A stretch of DNA of 62,022 nucleotides, from NCBI GenBank assembly GCA_003614675.1, contig ML002240.1, positions 1 to 62,022 of the forward strand. The letters are read 5' to 3'. Positions 39,098 to 52,538 of the stretch are shown piece after piece; the first letter of the stretch is position 1, and each line of letters starts with the position of its first letter. The translations under genes and the position numbers were made by a program. The notes below the pieces were generated by a model that was not told the DNA's origin, did not search any database, and saw only the letters and a program-made list of their open reading frames with translations. The stretch is from Dimargaris cristalligena (taxonomy: Eukaryota).

Positions 39098-39737
39098 CTA
39101 ATATAATTATGTATCATTTTTTCTCGTCAGCCAGTTTGTTTCGCTTCTTATGAGGGGCGGTTATCGGCCTGGTAGGCAAACCTTTTGCCCGATCACCTAT
39201 ACTTAACAATTTAGAGAGTATTTCATCCTATTTTTAATAAAATGATGATAATGGTGAATTGGCGTTTAATCCACTTAAATGGAAATTCCCTACCAACTGG
39301 TTCACGGCAAATCCCACACAAAGCTGTATTAGTTATGATTGCGGTTTTTTCGGCGTATTATTTGGCGGGGTTTGAGAAATACATATAGGCCCGCTCTTTA
39401 GCAAACCACCAGCCGAAATCTGGCATCCTGAAAGGTGAGTCTTAATTCCCCATTTTAAAATCGATTCGAATTTACATACTCATAAGTCCAGTCGTTGAAA
39501 ATTTCTCTCCGGAAACTAAAATCAATCGGATATTCGTCAAATCCGACTGGGGTAGTTCAGTGGAGCCCCACAGCCCCACCAGATTGAACCATTCGGACTC
39601 ATTCGTGTACACATCACATTTGATCATTGATTAGCTAAACATTGACGGAGAAGGGGGAATATATAAAAATTGTTAACAAGGTAAATGTATACTGGGATTC
39701 GGATTGGACAGCTGATCCCTCTCGACTTACCCCGCCC

Positions 39738-41120
39738 TTATTCGGGTTGGAAATCCTGCATCTTGTAGTAATCGGGGTATTTTTGGAGTAGTTCCATCGC
39801 CGCCTTCTTCTGTTCAAGAAGAATGGGGGAATCCTCGGGCTTAGCGTACACATCAGTGAAGGCCTCGCTAATGGGCGGCAGGGGTAATTTCTCGGCGTCG
39901 GCAAAAGCCCGGAGCACCTGGGCGCGCAGGTCCGTGCGGGTCTGTTTCTCAAGCTCGGCGTTCCACCAGCCGCGGTTTTCGAGCCATTTGCGGAGACGGG
40001 TGAGGGGATTATCGCGGCGTTTCCAGCCCTCGACCTCGGACTGGGACCGGTACGCGGAGGAGTCGTCGGAGGTGCTGTGGTGCCCGATACGGTAGGTCAG
40101 TGACTCTACCAGGACGGGGCGGTTTTGTTCAACGGCGAGGGCACGGGCCTTTTGGGTGGCATTGTAGACGGCCCAGATGTCGTTGCCGTCGCAGCGGATG
40201 GTGTCGATGCCATAGCCGATACCGCGACTGGCTACACCGTCGCCCCGGTACTGTTCGGCGGCGGGTGTGGATATGGCGAACCCGTTATTGCGGCAGAAGA
40301 AAATCACCGGGCAGCCCAGGGTGGCGGCCATATTCAGAGCAGCGTGGAAGTCCCCTTCACTGGCGGCGCCGTCGCCGAAATAACACATGACGCAGCGCTT
40401 ATCGCCCTGCATTTTAAGGGCGTACGCGGAACCGGTGGCCTGAGGTAACTGGGTGGCTAGGGTCGACGAGATGGTCACAAAATGCAGGTCTTTGGTACCG
40501 TAGTGCACGGGCATCTGGCGGCCCTTACCCAAATCGGCTGAATTACCGTAACACTGGTTCATGAACTGTTCCAGGGTAAACCCCCGGTGGAGGAGGGCAC
40601 CGGCCTCCCGGTACTGGCCGTAGATTTCGTCGGTGGGCTGCAGCGCCGCGGCACTACCGATGATGGCCTCCTCCCCGTAACTGGTCATGTAGAAACTGAT
40701 GCGACCCTGGCGCTGGGCGTCGTAGAGGACCTTGTCCATGATATTGAGAGTGATCATTTCGCGGTACAGACGGGTGGCGAGTTCTTCCGAAACGGCGGGT
40801 TCCTGGGCGGGGTCGGCCACCACTCCCTCGGTGTCCATGACCTGGTAGGTGGCAATGGCCTCCATCTGGATGGTGACGACCAGCTCCGAGGTGAAGTAGG
40901 AGTCGGCGGCGCCGGGGAATTCGGCCTTGCGGGCCGTTGCCTTGGGGGTGGCCGGAGGCGTCTGCTTCAGGCCGGCCGTGGAGGTGGTGGTGGAGGGAAT
41001 GGTTGACTGGCAGCGGGTCGAGCTGCGCTGGTCAACTGGGAATCGGGGCAGGGAGGTGCGGGGGCCGACCCAGGCCCGGAGAAGAGGGGTGGGGGCGGTT
41101 AGACGACGGAAGCTGGCCAT
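39738..41120 (-). CDS. BCKDHA: Branched-chain 2-oxoacid dehydrogenase E1 alpha subunit, mitochondrial
   Basis: AQRQGRISFYMT, GKGRQMPVHYG, TPP motif GDGAASEGDFHAALN, YRIGHHSTSDDSSAYR; N-terminal presequence. Confidence 0.97.
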   Translation of the reverse strand: MASFRRLTAPTPLLRAWVGPRTSLPRFPVDQRSSTRCQSTIPSTTTSTAGLKQTPPATPKATARKAEFPGAADSYFTSELVVTIQMEAIATYQVMDTEGVVADPAQEPAVSEELATRLYREMITLNIMDKVLYDAQRQGRISFYMTSYGEEAIIGSAAALQPTDEIYGQYREAGALLHRGFTLEQFMNQCYGNSADLGKGRQMPVHYGTKDLHFVTISSTLATQLPQATGSAYALKMQGDKRCVMCYFGDGAASEGDFHAALNMAATLGCPVIFFCRNNGFAISTPAAEQYRGDGVASRGIGYGIDTIRCDGNDIWAVYNATQKARALAVEQNRPVLVESLTYRIGHHSTSDDSSAYRSQSEVEGWKRRDNPLTRLRKWLENRGWWNAELEKQTRTDLRAQVLRAFADAEKLPLPPISEAFTDVYAKPEDSPILLEQKKAAMELLQKYPDYYKMQDFQPE

Positions 41121-42144
41121 ATGGGGAGTTGAGAAAGTCGAACTGGTTAAGCTACTGGGATTATGTGTATTATATACAGCGAGACTTGGAATAGACGGTA
41201 AAACGAGGGCCAGCCAGGAAGGCAGGAGAGGAGAGAAGCACTAGACTAGGGTGAAAAACGAAGAAGAGATGGGGAACGGGGAATAGCGCTGACTGCCCCC
41301 CCCCCCCCGCTTTATGCAGTGGGCTCTGGGGGGTGAAAGTCACAACGGCCGGGTTGAGCGGAAAAGCAGTCTCAATAGCAATAATACCAGCAAACCAACA
41401 AACAGCGTGACCTGTTTTCCCACAGCCAAGTACAACTAATAGTATAATAAGTATGTGAAGGCGGGTGATTTGCTCACATTCACCTACTATAATATAATTA
41501 TATGGTCTTTGATTGGCCGTATGGTCATATTACCCCTCCTCCTTCTTGCTTGGTTTCCGTTGTGAGTAGAACGTTCCTTGGCTAAATCACTCGTTTCTGG
41601 TATCCGCAACATTGGATCTCGACGCCAGCGGGGATCAACCTAATAGAGTGTGAAGCACGGGGCCTCTGTAGCGTTGAGCGGCGGTCTCCAGTTCCTAACG
41701 GTCGCCATATTGATATGGGTATATCAATACTATTAATTTAAGATCCCCCAGCATCATTCGTAATATAATGCTCGCACTCTGTATTTCCGGGGCATACTGG
41801 CAAGACCAAAATACCTCGATACCCATTAAAATACGGGTAGTATTCTTAAACCAGCAGTCGGCTAGGAATCCCATTGACGGGGTGCATATTTCTGGGGTAC
41901 ATTATGCTAAGCGGAGAATAAATTTGGCTGGCGGGGAATTATCCGGGGGTTGGATGCCCACAATTCAGAGGGTGAATTAACTCACTAGCCTAATGTAGCT
42001 CTACTTACCAGAAGGCCATGGAAAATACCAATATACCTGTATCTTCCTCCTCCCCGTTCCACATTAGTCACTTCTTCACCTGTCTCCGGTCAAGGCTGTC
42101 TTGGCTTTAAGGATTTGCTCGCCCACCGTCTGCTTCAACAAGCC

Positions 42145-43131
42145 ATGCGCATTCAGCCCACCTCCTCCTATACGGCTATTCACTGCACGGGAGCGTTTCG
42201 CCCAGCCCCGCCCGCCTGGGGACCCGCCTTAAGCCGCGCGTATTCGTCATTCTCGGACTCCAAACGTTGGCTGGACCGACAACGCAATGATCCCTACGTT
42301 AAAAAGGCCCAGCAACTGAATCTTCGTTCCCGGGGGGCCTTCAAGCTGATTGAGATCGACCAGAAATACCATTTCCTCCGCTCCGGAGCGGTTTGCATCG
42401 ACTGCGGTGCGGCTCCGGGGGGCTGGTCCGAAGTACTGGCCCGCAAAGTATACCAGGGCCCCTACCGCTGGCCAAAAGCGTCCGACCAGGCGGCCGCAGA
42501 GGATCCAGCGGCCCCTTCTGCAGCTATTACCGGAACGGCAGGTGGCGGTGACTCGGAAAAATACCGCATTTTCGCCATGGACCTTCTCCCCATGGCCGGC
42601 ATCGACGGGGTCCAGTTTTTCCAACGTGATTTCACCCAGCCGGAGTCTATCGCTCTCCTCAAAAACGCGCTCAAGGGGAAGCCGGTGAATACCATTGTCT
42701 CCGACATGGCCCCCTCGTTCAGCGGGACCCATTCGATTGACCATCTTCGCACCATGAATCTCTGCGAAGACGTGTTGGGGTTGGCGGGACAGGTACTTGC
42801 CCCTGGCGGTACCATGGTTTGTAAGGTGAGTTAATAGCGGCTTTTCTAGGATTCCTTACTGAGTGCAATTTTCGGACCATGCCTCCATTTGATCAAAGAG
42901 GCTAGCCACGATTACGTTTGGTATCTAGACTAATCCTAGTATTTGGTGACTATTCGCCCATCTCTCCTCCTTAATTACTGCAACTAGTTCCTGGTCGGCG
43001 GATCAGAGCAAGAATTCCGCCAAGAACTCCGGAATCATTTTAATAAGGTGAATATTTACAAACCCAAGGCGAGTCGAAAAGAATCGTCGGAGTCGTACTT
43101 TGTGTGTTTGGGCAAAAAACGATCCCCTTAG
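42145..43131 (+). CDS. MRM2: Mitochondrial rRNA 2'-O-methyltransferase (FtsJ/RlmE family); exons 42145-42825, 42988-43131
   Basis: SKRWLDRQRNDPYV, RSRGAFKLIEID, DCGAAPGGWS, VSDMAP, VCKF, KPKASRKESSESY (K-D-K-E tetrad). Confidence 0.92.
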
Positions 43132-43914
43132 GCCAGTGTGCCTAGGCTAAACCGAGGGCCATGGCTCCGAAATCTGTTCTTTGCTGGCTTATTAAGTCAT
43201 TGGGAGGTGGTCGGGCTGTAAAGTGAGGGATATCCTTAGGTCTATACTTGGCGTCATAACTTCTACCCTAGAGATGCCAGTGTGACTATTTGTGTTGCAC
43301 TGTAATATATTACTTGGATCTAAATTTCACATATATTTTTTTCTGTTGGTGGATCATTTCGGTTCAGTTTTTTTAAAATTAAATAAATAAATTAATATGC
43401 TTAACCGTAATTCTTAAGGGGGTCTGCCGATCTTTATTTATGTTTGCCCGGCCAATACTTGTAATGTGAGTTCGAGACGGAATAATTTGACTTACAATGT
43501 AATCGCTATACTCATTCATATTTAATATGTAAATATCAATATGTTTATAATTACTAGGTAGTATTGCCACTTCTTATAACCCTCCTAGTTTCCAGGGTGC
43601 TGGTCTTCCCATGAATGAAGCCATTGTGCACGGATCCTGTTTAAATTTACTGATTTGAAAGATGGTCCCCAGAATGCCCGTATCAGCGATATCAGCGATA
43701 AGGGGAGCACTTGGGTGGCGGAGTGTTGGGATGGAAAAAAATATAATGCACCGACTGGACTGGTAGCTACTAATGTCGAGCCTCGCATTCCGCATTCGCT
43801 TCAGCTCCAGCCAGTCCCGATGCTTTAGGTTAACTCGGTTTTGTTTCTTTTTATATTACATTCGAACCATCCTCCCATTCACTTCTCCCCCCCGTTTTAC
43901 TACCAACACTCAAC

Positions 43915-45363
43915 ATGAAAGTGGTCGCTCTAGTCAGGTAAATGGCCCCCATTCCAAATCCCCCCCCTCGTCCATATGGTCATTCTGTATAGGCTGGCGT
44001 ACTTTGGCTCGGAGGGACTATGGAGAACTAACCGAAGGAACATTACCTTTTACCATTGAACTGCTTAACCTCGGGCGTGTCCATTTACGCTGACCGATTG
44101 GTTGGACTCTTCACTCTTCTCCGTCCGGCGGTTGCGCGAATAGTGGCGGCAAGGACAGCTGCTATAATATGGTCAAGTGCGTCGAGGCCGGGCATGAAAT
44201 CGTGGCACTAGCCAACGCTCACCCAGAGCCTGCCAACGGACAAGGTTCGCTATCTGGGCTATTCTACTCTTACTGTCTTAAGTACCGTATTGTTTGGTCA
44301 GCCCTCGATTATATAGTGCTGGCCAACTTTAATCCCGCTGTTGGGGGGTGGCAACCACCTAGTGCATATATAGCTCTTCCCGCTCACTCGTTCGATTAGC
44401 GTGACTCTCCCGAACCTGAGCCTGGGCCTGAACCCAAACCCAGGTACTAATCTACTCTATCTATCTACCACCCTGCCCATGTTCAGATGAACTCGATAGC
44501 TACCTCTTCCAAACCGTCGGCTACGATGGCGTGCCCTACATTGCCGAATGCATGGACCTCCCGCTCTACCGCCGGGTCATCCGCGGCCGACCCATTCTGC
44601 AGACCATGGAATACCACGTGGTGACGGACGACGAAACGGAAGATCTGTTCGAGCTCATGCAGGACGTACTGGCCTACCACCCCGATGTCGAGGCCGTGTC
44701 GGTAGGGGCCATTTTCTCCAACTACCAGGGCAAGCGCGTCCAGCACGTATGCGACCGCCTCAACCTTAAAATGCTGGCCTACCTGTGGGAACGCGACCAA
44801 AAAGTCCTCCTCAAGGAAATGGCCGATAATGGCATGGAATGTATCCTGATCAAAGTGGCCTGTATGGGACTGAACTCCAGTCACTTGAAACAAACTATCC
44901 GCGACATGCACCCGTATCTGTGCCAGCTGAACGAAAAGTACGAGGCCCATATTTGTGGCGAAGGCGGTGAATACGAGACCTTCACTCTGGATTGCCCGCT
45001 CTTCAAAAGACGTATTGTCATGTAAGTCCAGAGTCTTTATCGACAGGTGAAGCCTAGTGCTGGAGATTGGAAACGGGCTGGTCAATAACCAAGGACATTT
45101 GTAACGATTGATACTGGGGGTTTAACTATTCAAACTATTGGTTCATTTTTTATCACCTAGTTTAGGTTTAGACAGCAGACTAATTTGGACCTTGTTTATT
45201 TCATATATCCATCTATCCTATCTAATTATCTATTGGTGGGGCGGGCGCCATTGCTTACTGACCACAATGTAGTGATACCTCCGAAACAATCGTTCATTCC
45301 GATGACGACTACAGCCCTGTCTCGTACCTCCGGCTAACAGGGCTTCACACGGAACCGAAATAA
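43915..45363 (+). CDS. DPH6: Diphthine--ammonia ligase, short form; exons 43915-43937, 44144-44244, 44487-45021, 45273-45363
   Basis: MKVVALVSGGKDSCYNM, DELDSYLFQTVG, DETEDL, VGAIFSNYQ, LAYLWERDQ, HICGEGGEYETFTLDCPLF. Confidence 0.95.
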
Positions 45364-45664
45364 ATGCATCCCGTATATATCTTTCCCGCAGGTTGGGACA
45401 ACCGGGCCAGCACACTTGGGAACGAATGCCTGATCTACTGTCCCCTCACATACTCAATCTATAAAATTCTTGTCCAATATTTTTAAAAAAAATCTTTTAA
45501 TGTGGCTCGATTGTGTTGGGACGGGTTTATGTGAATCAAAAAGCTATGCAACAATGGACGTTGGAAAATGATAAAAAATAAAACAGAGTAAGCTAAAAAA
45601 CTAAAACATCAAAGAAAGAAAGAAAGAAAGAAAGAGAGTATATAATACATGTATAATTCGCTCA

Positions 45665-46903
45665 TTAGGCTAACTCATTCAAGTCGATAATTTCCAGCTC
45701 TGTACTCACGCCGTAATGATCCGACAGTTGGGTGAAGGCAGCGTTGGGATCATTCTTGCGGGTAAACAGCGGGGCCACGGTCGCATTGACGGGTCGGACA
45801 GTGTACTTGGCTTCCGAGTGACTCTCCGCCACGGGATAGGCCAAAGGATCCGCCCAAAATACGTAATCCAGCCGCTGGCAGGAACCGTGCAATTGATCGT
45901 CAGTGAGAATCCGGTCACGGGCAATACGGCGGCCGTCGGGGAGCTCTTTCACATCGGCAAAGGTGACGGGGTGGTAGCGCCACTGCTGGTACACCAAGTC
46001 TCTGAATGGCAAGTGGTCGATAGGGACCTCTGGCTCAGGTTCAGGCTCGGAATCGGATTTGGACTCGGATAGTAGGAAGGAAGTTTCCTCGGGGGTTTTG
46101 CCGCGAAATATGTTCAGCATCTCCAGGTATTCGGGGGTGGAGCGGGCCTCCTTCAAGTCCTCCTCCTGATCGGGTTCGTGTACACGGGCGTCGACATTAA
46201 AGTCACCCTGAACAATGACGGGCTCGCCGGGCAGGCGGTCGGCAGTCTTGGCCCGCATAAATCGGTGCAAATCGGCAAACTGGCGGAAGCGAATTTGGAC
46301 ACTGGGGGCATCTATGGGAGTCACTTTGCCGTAGGAAGCCTGGGTATGGGTGGTGAAAATGTGGATATGGGTTTTGGGGTTTAGGGCAATTTTGGCGTAC
46401 AGAGCCCCCTTGGCGGCCAGCCAGTCGCTATACTCGCCGCGATCGTAGCGGATAGAGTCCATGTCCACAATAGGGTACCGACTGAGGATGGCTAGGCCAC
46501 CGTCGATGGACAGACCCCATAGCGGTGGGGCGGGACTGGTGACCCAATAATGAAAGCCCAGTTCTTCGGCGGCGCGAATTAGACGCTGGCGCCGGGTGGT
46601 CATAAACGAAAACATTTCCTGTAACGTGATTACGTCGTAGTTGGGCAGCACATGGTCGATGAAGTATTCCAGGCGTTCGTCCTTGTAGTCCGAACTATGG
46701 CTCCGAATACCAGGTGGGCGCATGAACATGTTGACGGTCAGCAGACGAGTGCGGTTGTAGGTCTCGGCGCTGGAGCTGGGACGGGTCGTTAGGGGACTCC
46801 GGTAGAGATGGTCCAGGACAAAGGCATTGAAAATGATGACCAGGGTTGCGAACAGGAACGAGCTGATAGCCATGTACTGCATGGCTTGGACGAAGCGACC
46901 CAT
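45665..46903 (-). CDS. Endonuclease/exonuclease/phosphatase superfamily protein, neutral sphingomyelinase-like, with N-terminal membrane anchor
   Basis: LLTVNMF, DVITLQEMF, DGGLAILSRYPI, LAAKG, FTTHTQA, GDFNVD, RLDYVF, LSDHYGV; hydrophobic N-terminus. Confidence 0.88.
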   Translation of the reverse strand: MGRFVQAMQYMAISSFLFATLVIIFNAFVLDHLYRSPLTTRPSSSAETYNRTRLLTVNMFMRPPGIRSHSSDYKDERLEYFIDHVLPNYDVITLQEMFSFMTTRRQRLIRAAEELGFHYWVTSPAPPLWGLSIDGGLAILSRYPIVDMDSIRYDRGEYSDWLAAKGALYAKIALNPKTHIHIFTTHTQASYGKVTPIDAPSVQIRFRQFADLHRFMRAKTADRLPGEPVIVQGDFNVDARVHEPDQEEDLKEARSTPEYLEMLNIFRGKTPEETSFLLSESKSDSEPEPEPEVPIDHLPFRDLVYQQWRYHPVTFADVKELPDGRRIARDRILTDDQLHGSCQRLDYVFWADPLAYPVAESHSEAKYTVRPVNATVAPLFTRKNDPNAAFTQLSDHYGVSTELEIIDLNELA

Positions 46904-47370
46904 AGTCACAATGAGAGTAGGAAAGAAGTATACTCAGGGAATTGTTACCGGCGGACGGGTTGGAGCGAGAGTCGGGGCTATGGGTACAAGGGTGATACAA
47001 ATAATAGTAGGCTTAGATGAAGCTGGGTCCCAGCGGAGGACTCAGAGATGCAGTCTAGATAACTGGGTTGGTGTCACGCAAGAAGGGCGGTGAAAAAAAT
47101 GATGCAGGTTGTTTCAGAAAGAAGGAAAGCTAACTAAATAGATAAGGGAGAACTAACTGGTCAAGTAAGTGAATGACGTTGGCTTTAAAGATAGATGGAA
47201 AGAAGGAATGGAGGCAGGACAAAGTAATAGTGGCTCTGGGTTATAGGGAAGGTTGCTGATAGGACAATACAATAATATCACTATTGTAGGGTTGCTTTTT
47301 ATACCATTGTAGCCCCCGCTGCTGCTGCGCTATAAAAGAAAACTAGGTGGGTAGCGCATACAACCGTAGC

Positions 47371-47405
<35 letters not shown>

Positions 47406-47842
47406 GCGCATATAGTAACTGGCCTGGCCCTACCACCCCCCCACCTTGTATGCGGCTAGTGGGTTGATTTTACTATATATGATATATACATCACATGTTA
47501 ACTATTGTGGCAGAGAAAGAGATAGTGATGATAGGCCAGTGGCCTGACTATAGGTGTGTGAAAAGGTCCCTTCCCTATCAGCAGCAGATAAGAACCCTCC
47601 CCCAAAATACCTACTATTACAGTCACGCTCACGGCTACACGGTGGTATATTCAGCTGCAACGAGGTCTACAATTGCTAGTCACATACTCCTTCCTTCCTT
47701 CCTTCCCTCCTATCTCTTTCTTACCTTCATCCCAGCCAGCGCGTCCCCTTTTTGTTCTTTATTAATTTAGCCACTGCTAGCTAAATACCCTTTAACTCCA
47801 TACCACCCTCACTCTATAATACTATCCACCCTCACCTCCGCT

Positions 47843-49416
47843 ATGCTGGCTCCCATTCGTCCCGCTGCTCTTCGCTCGCTGACCCGGCAACCGGCCACTT
47901 GGTCCCAACAGGTAAGCCCCAATCTCCCTTTGGCTTATTTTCCCGCTGCATGGGGCTAAACCGGCCCATGGCCAAGGTTGGGCGGGGAGGCGGCAACACC
48001 ATTGGTCTGACCACCTATCCAACTCCTACGATATAGTATAGTAGCGGCCTTCACGTGCTTTTTCAGCAGCAGAATGGAAACTACTGAGCGGTTATCACGC
48101 CATGATTCCCCAGACCCTAACAGTACCTCCGGCCGGTGTATTATACTTGATTTTTCTTCCTTCCACTGGCGGGCCACCCTACTTCCCCCTCTCTAGTCCT
48201 CCGTGCGCTGCTTCAGTGCGTCCTCTCACAAATTGGCCACCCTCCTTGTGGTTGAGCACAAGAACCAAACTGTCGCCGCCGCTTCTCTGAACGCCCTGAC
48301 TGCTGCCGGTAAACTCGGCGAAAAGATCACCGCTCTGGTGGCCGGAAATAACGCCCAGAAGGTCGCCGAGGAGGTCTCCAAGCTCGAGGGAGTTGCCAAT
48401 GTGGTGGTGGCCGATGATGCCGCCTACGACCATGGTCTGCCCGAGGTCTACGCACCCTTAGTGGTTGCCACTCAGAAGCAGATGGGTGCTAAGCATATCC
48501 TCGCCGGCCACACCGCCTTTGGCCGGAGCATCCTGCCCCGCGCGGCCGCCCTGATGGATGTGGCCCAAATCTCGGATATCACGGCCATCGAAAGCGCCGA
48601 TACCTTTGTCCGCCCCGTTTACGCCGGTAACGCCATCGCCACCGTCAAATCCATCGACCCCATCAAGGTGATCACCGTGCGTACCACCGCTTTCCCGGCC
48701 GCCAAGACCAACGCCCAGGCGGCTGCCCCCGTCGAGGCCGCCCCTTCGGCCGATAAGGCTTCCCCAACCGAGTGGGTAAGCGAGGAGCTCAGCAAGAGTG
48801 ATCGCCCCGAACTGGCCAGTGCCAAAATCGTCGTGAGCGGTGGCCGTGCCCTAAAGAGCAAGGAGAACTTCGAGCTGGTCTACAAGTTGGCCGATGCCAT
48901 GGGTGCTGCTGGTAAGTTCACTTGGAATCGGTGTACTTTAGTTAAATAGGCCTGACTTGGTTTTAATTTTACTAGATTGAAATCTGGGTATATATATATA
49001 TACGCACCAGAGATTCGGGCGAGAGCTCGTCGCCCTTTCAATTCCTTCGCGTATCTTACTCCCTTGCTCACGTTGGCCTATCCACTACTATTGTATCCGC
49101 TACATATTCCGTTTTCTGACCAATTCCCTATATCCAATTTGATGTCTCAGTCGGTGCTTCCCGAGCCGCCGTCGATGCCGGCTACTGTGACAATTCCCTC
49201 CAGGTTGGCCAAACCGGTAAGATTGTTGCTCCCCAGCTTTACATTGCTTTGGGTATCTCTGGCGCCATCCAGCATCTGGCCGGTATGAAGGACAGCAAGG
49301 TCATTGTGGCCGTCAACAAGGACGCTGATTCCCCCATTTTCCAGATTGCCGACTACGGCCTGGTTGGTGATGTATTCAAGATTCTTCCCGAAATGACCGA
49401 GAAACTTGCCAAATAG
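47843..49416 (+). CDS. ETFA: Electron transfer flavoprotein alpha subunit; exons 47843-47911, 48197-48911, 49151-49416
   Basis: [71 protein letters not shown]. Confidence 0.97.
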
Positions 49417-50820
49417 ATCACAAATCGTCTTCTTTTTATATACCCAAATATATATATATATATTGGGACCCTCGCCAGTGGCGAAACACCCGGCAACCGG
49501 TTTAAAATTGAAAGCTAGAGGGAGGGTAAACTGACCCATCTGATTAATTAGGGCGCCTCTCCGGTGGGGTTTCCTTATAGTCCGCTATACATACACATAT
49601 CTAGACGCCAGCGGCTATATTTTAAATACTCATAAAGACCATTTCACTACACCCCGGCCCTTTTGCTAGATGATGGTATTCGGCTATGCTAGCTCGAGGA
49701 TGTGGCCGTTTCTGTACGAGAGAAATCCGTGAAACTAATAGCTTAAAATATTACAGTGCGGCAGTCCCTGTTGGGTCAAAAAGCCTGCAAATGAAATACA
49801 AGGCGGCACCATATAGACGGTGCTCTGTTTAGGATTCATCAGGAAGGGGACACATAAGAGAAATAGCATGTACGTGTTGTGATGGATGAGGGAGCCGCTT
49901 GTGAATACTTTTACGAAAGTACACGATCCTGTCAGCAGGGGGGCACCATCGCTGGCTACAACTGGGATATGACATGCCAGCTAATCAGAGCTTACACGAC
50001 TTCTTCGTTGGTGTGTCTGTCTGGTGGCTGAGAAGCGGCCGGGCAAGGGAAGTTCAACCAAGTCTCCCAATCATAAAGATTGGGTGGGTGAATACCGCTT
50101 CTGTACAAGACGAGGCGCACCTGGCTGTGGAACCCTTCTTACATATTTAGCAAGAGGAGATGATTAATCGCTAGAGACTCCCCTCACTCACCGTTCAGCT
50201 GTTCAACGAATTCGGCCCATGTTAGCACTATTAAACGAGGGATTATCTCCGTTGTTGCTGCAGTGGAGAGAAAGGGCCACTGCGCCTCCTTCGATCTACA
50301 AGTGTTACCCAATGTGCCAAATATACTAACAGTTTCTGAACAGTTGCGACTCGACGGACCCATTAGGGTCCAAACACCCGCCATTGGCCGACTTACGGTC
50401 ACACCCAACATCGCACCTGTTGGGGGAGGGAGGATTAAAAGTGGGCGGGATGGGGCGGGAGAGCTATTATGATGCCGGCCATCCCCTTTATAAGTAACCC
50501 ATCTAGCCGGTCGAAAGTTGACCTCGACGGGTATATATTACTCCCCCTCGACTCGATCTCACCAGTTCCCATATTTTACTATTTTTATACCCTACTGCAT
50601 AATAAGATTCCGAAATTATTGGTTTAATCTCCTGACTTGGGCCGCCTTCTTTAGGGACAATTTCCATGATTGGGCGATATTCAGGAGGAAACTACTAATT
50701 AGCAGACTGTATAGTCTCACTTGTCGCCTTAGTATCACTACTACTTACTACCCACGCCCCAATCGGAGCATTTTAATCGGCAATATTTGCATTTGCCCAA
50801 AAAAGTGCTCCTTATTCTTG

Positions 50821-51142
50821 ATGGCGTTTCTGTACATGGGTATCCTGGCCCTGGCCTTCGTTTCAGTTCTACTCAGCGGAGGACGGGGAATGAAATACGA
50901 TGTTCCTGAGTATGAGCTATGCGACAGCTCCTGCCCCATCGATGTAAGTCTAGTCACTCACCGTAGTTTTATCATAATTCGAACGGAGCTCACCCACCGA
51001 AGCGGTTGTTTTGAAAGGCATGGCTGGTAGATGGATCGGTTCATATATCATTTCACACACACTTAAGCCAGCCAGCTCTTGTTTCACCCCAAGTCTATTC
51101 ACCGCATCCGACTTAACTCGCCCCCACCATTATACGCACACC

Positions 51143-51180
<38 letters not shown>

Positions 51181-52102
51181 CATCAAACCCTATCGATATA
51201 TCCACCATACGGCAACTTCCCTACAGCTCCGTCTCTACTTTTCCAATCTATGGGAAACCAACAAAGCCGAAGGCATTTCGGAACTCCTATCCTATCAACT
51301 CGAACTAAGTGATTTCAAGTCCCTCCTCCGCCTAATGGAACGGGGGTTCGTTGATTGGGACGTTCCGTTTGCCAAACGCACGGTCCAAATCTACGAACTC
51401 TACGAAAGCGGCAACCGCCGGCTCTTCCCCCTCCTGGCCGTCACCCTGCATAAACGCCCGGATCTAAGTTTCCGGGTGTTCCGTAATTTTCACTTCCGGT
51501 GGCTAACGCAACGCGCAACGGCGGCATCGACATCAACGGAAACGACAACGACGGAGGCGGACCCGCTTAGCTCGTGGGTACACTACTCCCGGGTCCAAGC
51601 CGGCGCGGCCCTGTGGTACGCCGATGCAGACCGGTACTTGCCCGAAGCACCCCACTATCCGCCCTCCTTCGACCTGTACGACGCCATCGACGTGGTCTAT
51701 AAGCGACTCTACCGCAACGCGATTATCCTGCTGGCCCGCGAAAAGCGCGTTGATGAATTGGGCGTCTTTGTGGAGTTCGCCTACCTCCAGAACTTCCGGC
51801 GGCCCATTGAGCTCTACGCCTACTACTTTCTCATCGCCGCCCTCATCCAAGTTGACCAGCCGATACCATACCGATTCCCCCAGGATGCCCCAGAACAGGA
51901 CAAATCGCGGCTGATGAAATGTCTCGTTGATCTGAAGCGCTGGGAGAAGAACTGGCGCCATATCCTGCCGGTATTTGGTTCAGCCCAAATAGGCCAGTCG
52001 AAGACCCGCGATCGCATTCTAGACTGTTTTAATTATTATCTACCAGGCCAAAAAATCACCGTGATACCCAAGGGATTCTCGTACAGCATCCTCTATTTCT
52101 AA
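50821..52102 (+). CDS. Hypothetical secreted protein; exons 50821-50943, 51227-52102
   Basis: Signal-peptide-like MAFLYMGILALAFVSVLLSGGRG; GTAAGT donor and CTACAG acceptor join in phase 0 to a long, C-ending-codon-rich ORF; no recognised family. Confidence 0.7.
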
Positions 52103-52538
52103 ACTCCCCCCGCCCCCATTAATAAAAGTTGCACCTCATCTCCTAGTCTTTGTCATTAGTTGCCAAAAGCACTTTCGCTAATAAATCAATCAATTATATT
52201 TAGGGCAATTGCAGTTTTGAATAATGAGGTAAAATGTAAAAGAAATAACAGAGAAATGACTTAAATGTCAGCGGAGGGAGTCCATAATTATTGTTTTAAA
52301 AAAAAACACCACCTTGACATTGTCAGAAAAATTAGGCGAGAATACAGAAATACGTACCATGAGTAAGTATAGAAGAATGTAAATTGGATAGAATTAATAG
52401 CCGGGTGCGACTGCTTCCACCTCACGACACGTCGACTTGGATAATATATATGCGGGTGTATAATAATGGGTAGCGGTTGGGTTAATAATTGAGAACAGCA
52501 AGGCAAATCAGGTAGCCGGACCACTAAGTGGCCATTCA

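Noticed and set aside
39542-39597. Imperfect hairpin downstream of BCKDHA, considered as a SECIS or other ncRNA
   Set aside because: Pairing is short and interrupted, and no modelled gene here needs an in-frame TGA
42145-43131. Functional link between Mrm2 (A-loop methylase) and the P-loop snoRNA array
   Set aside because: They act in different compartments (mitochondrial versus nucleolar) and are 15 kb apart with unrelated genes between; probably coincidence
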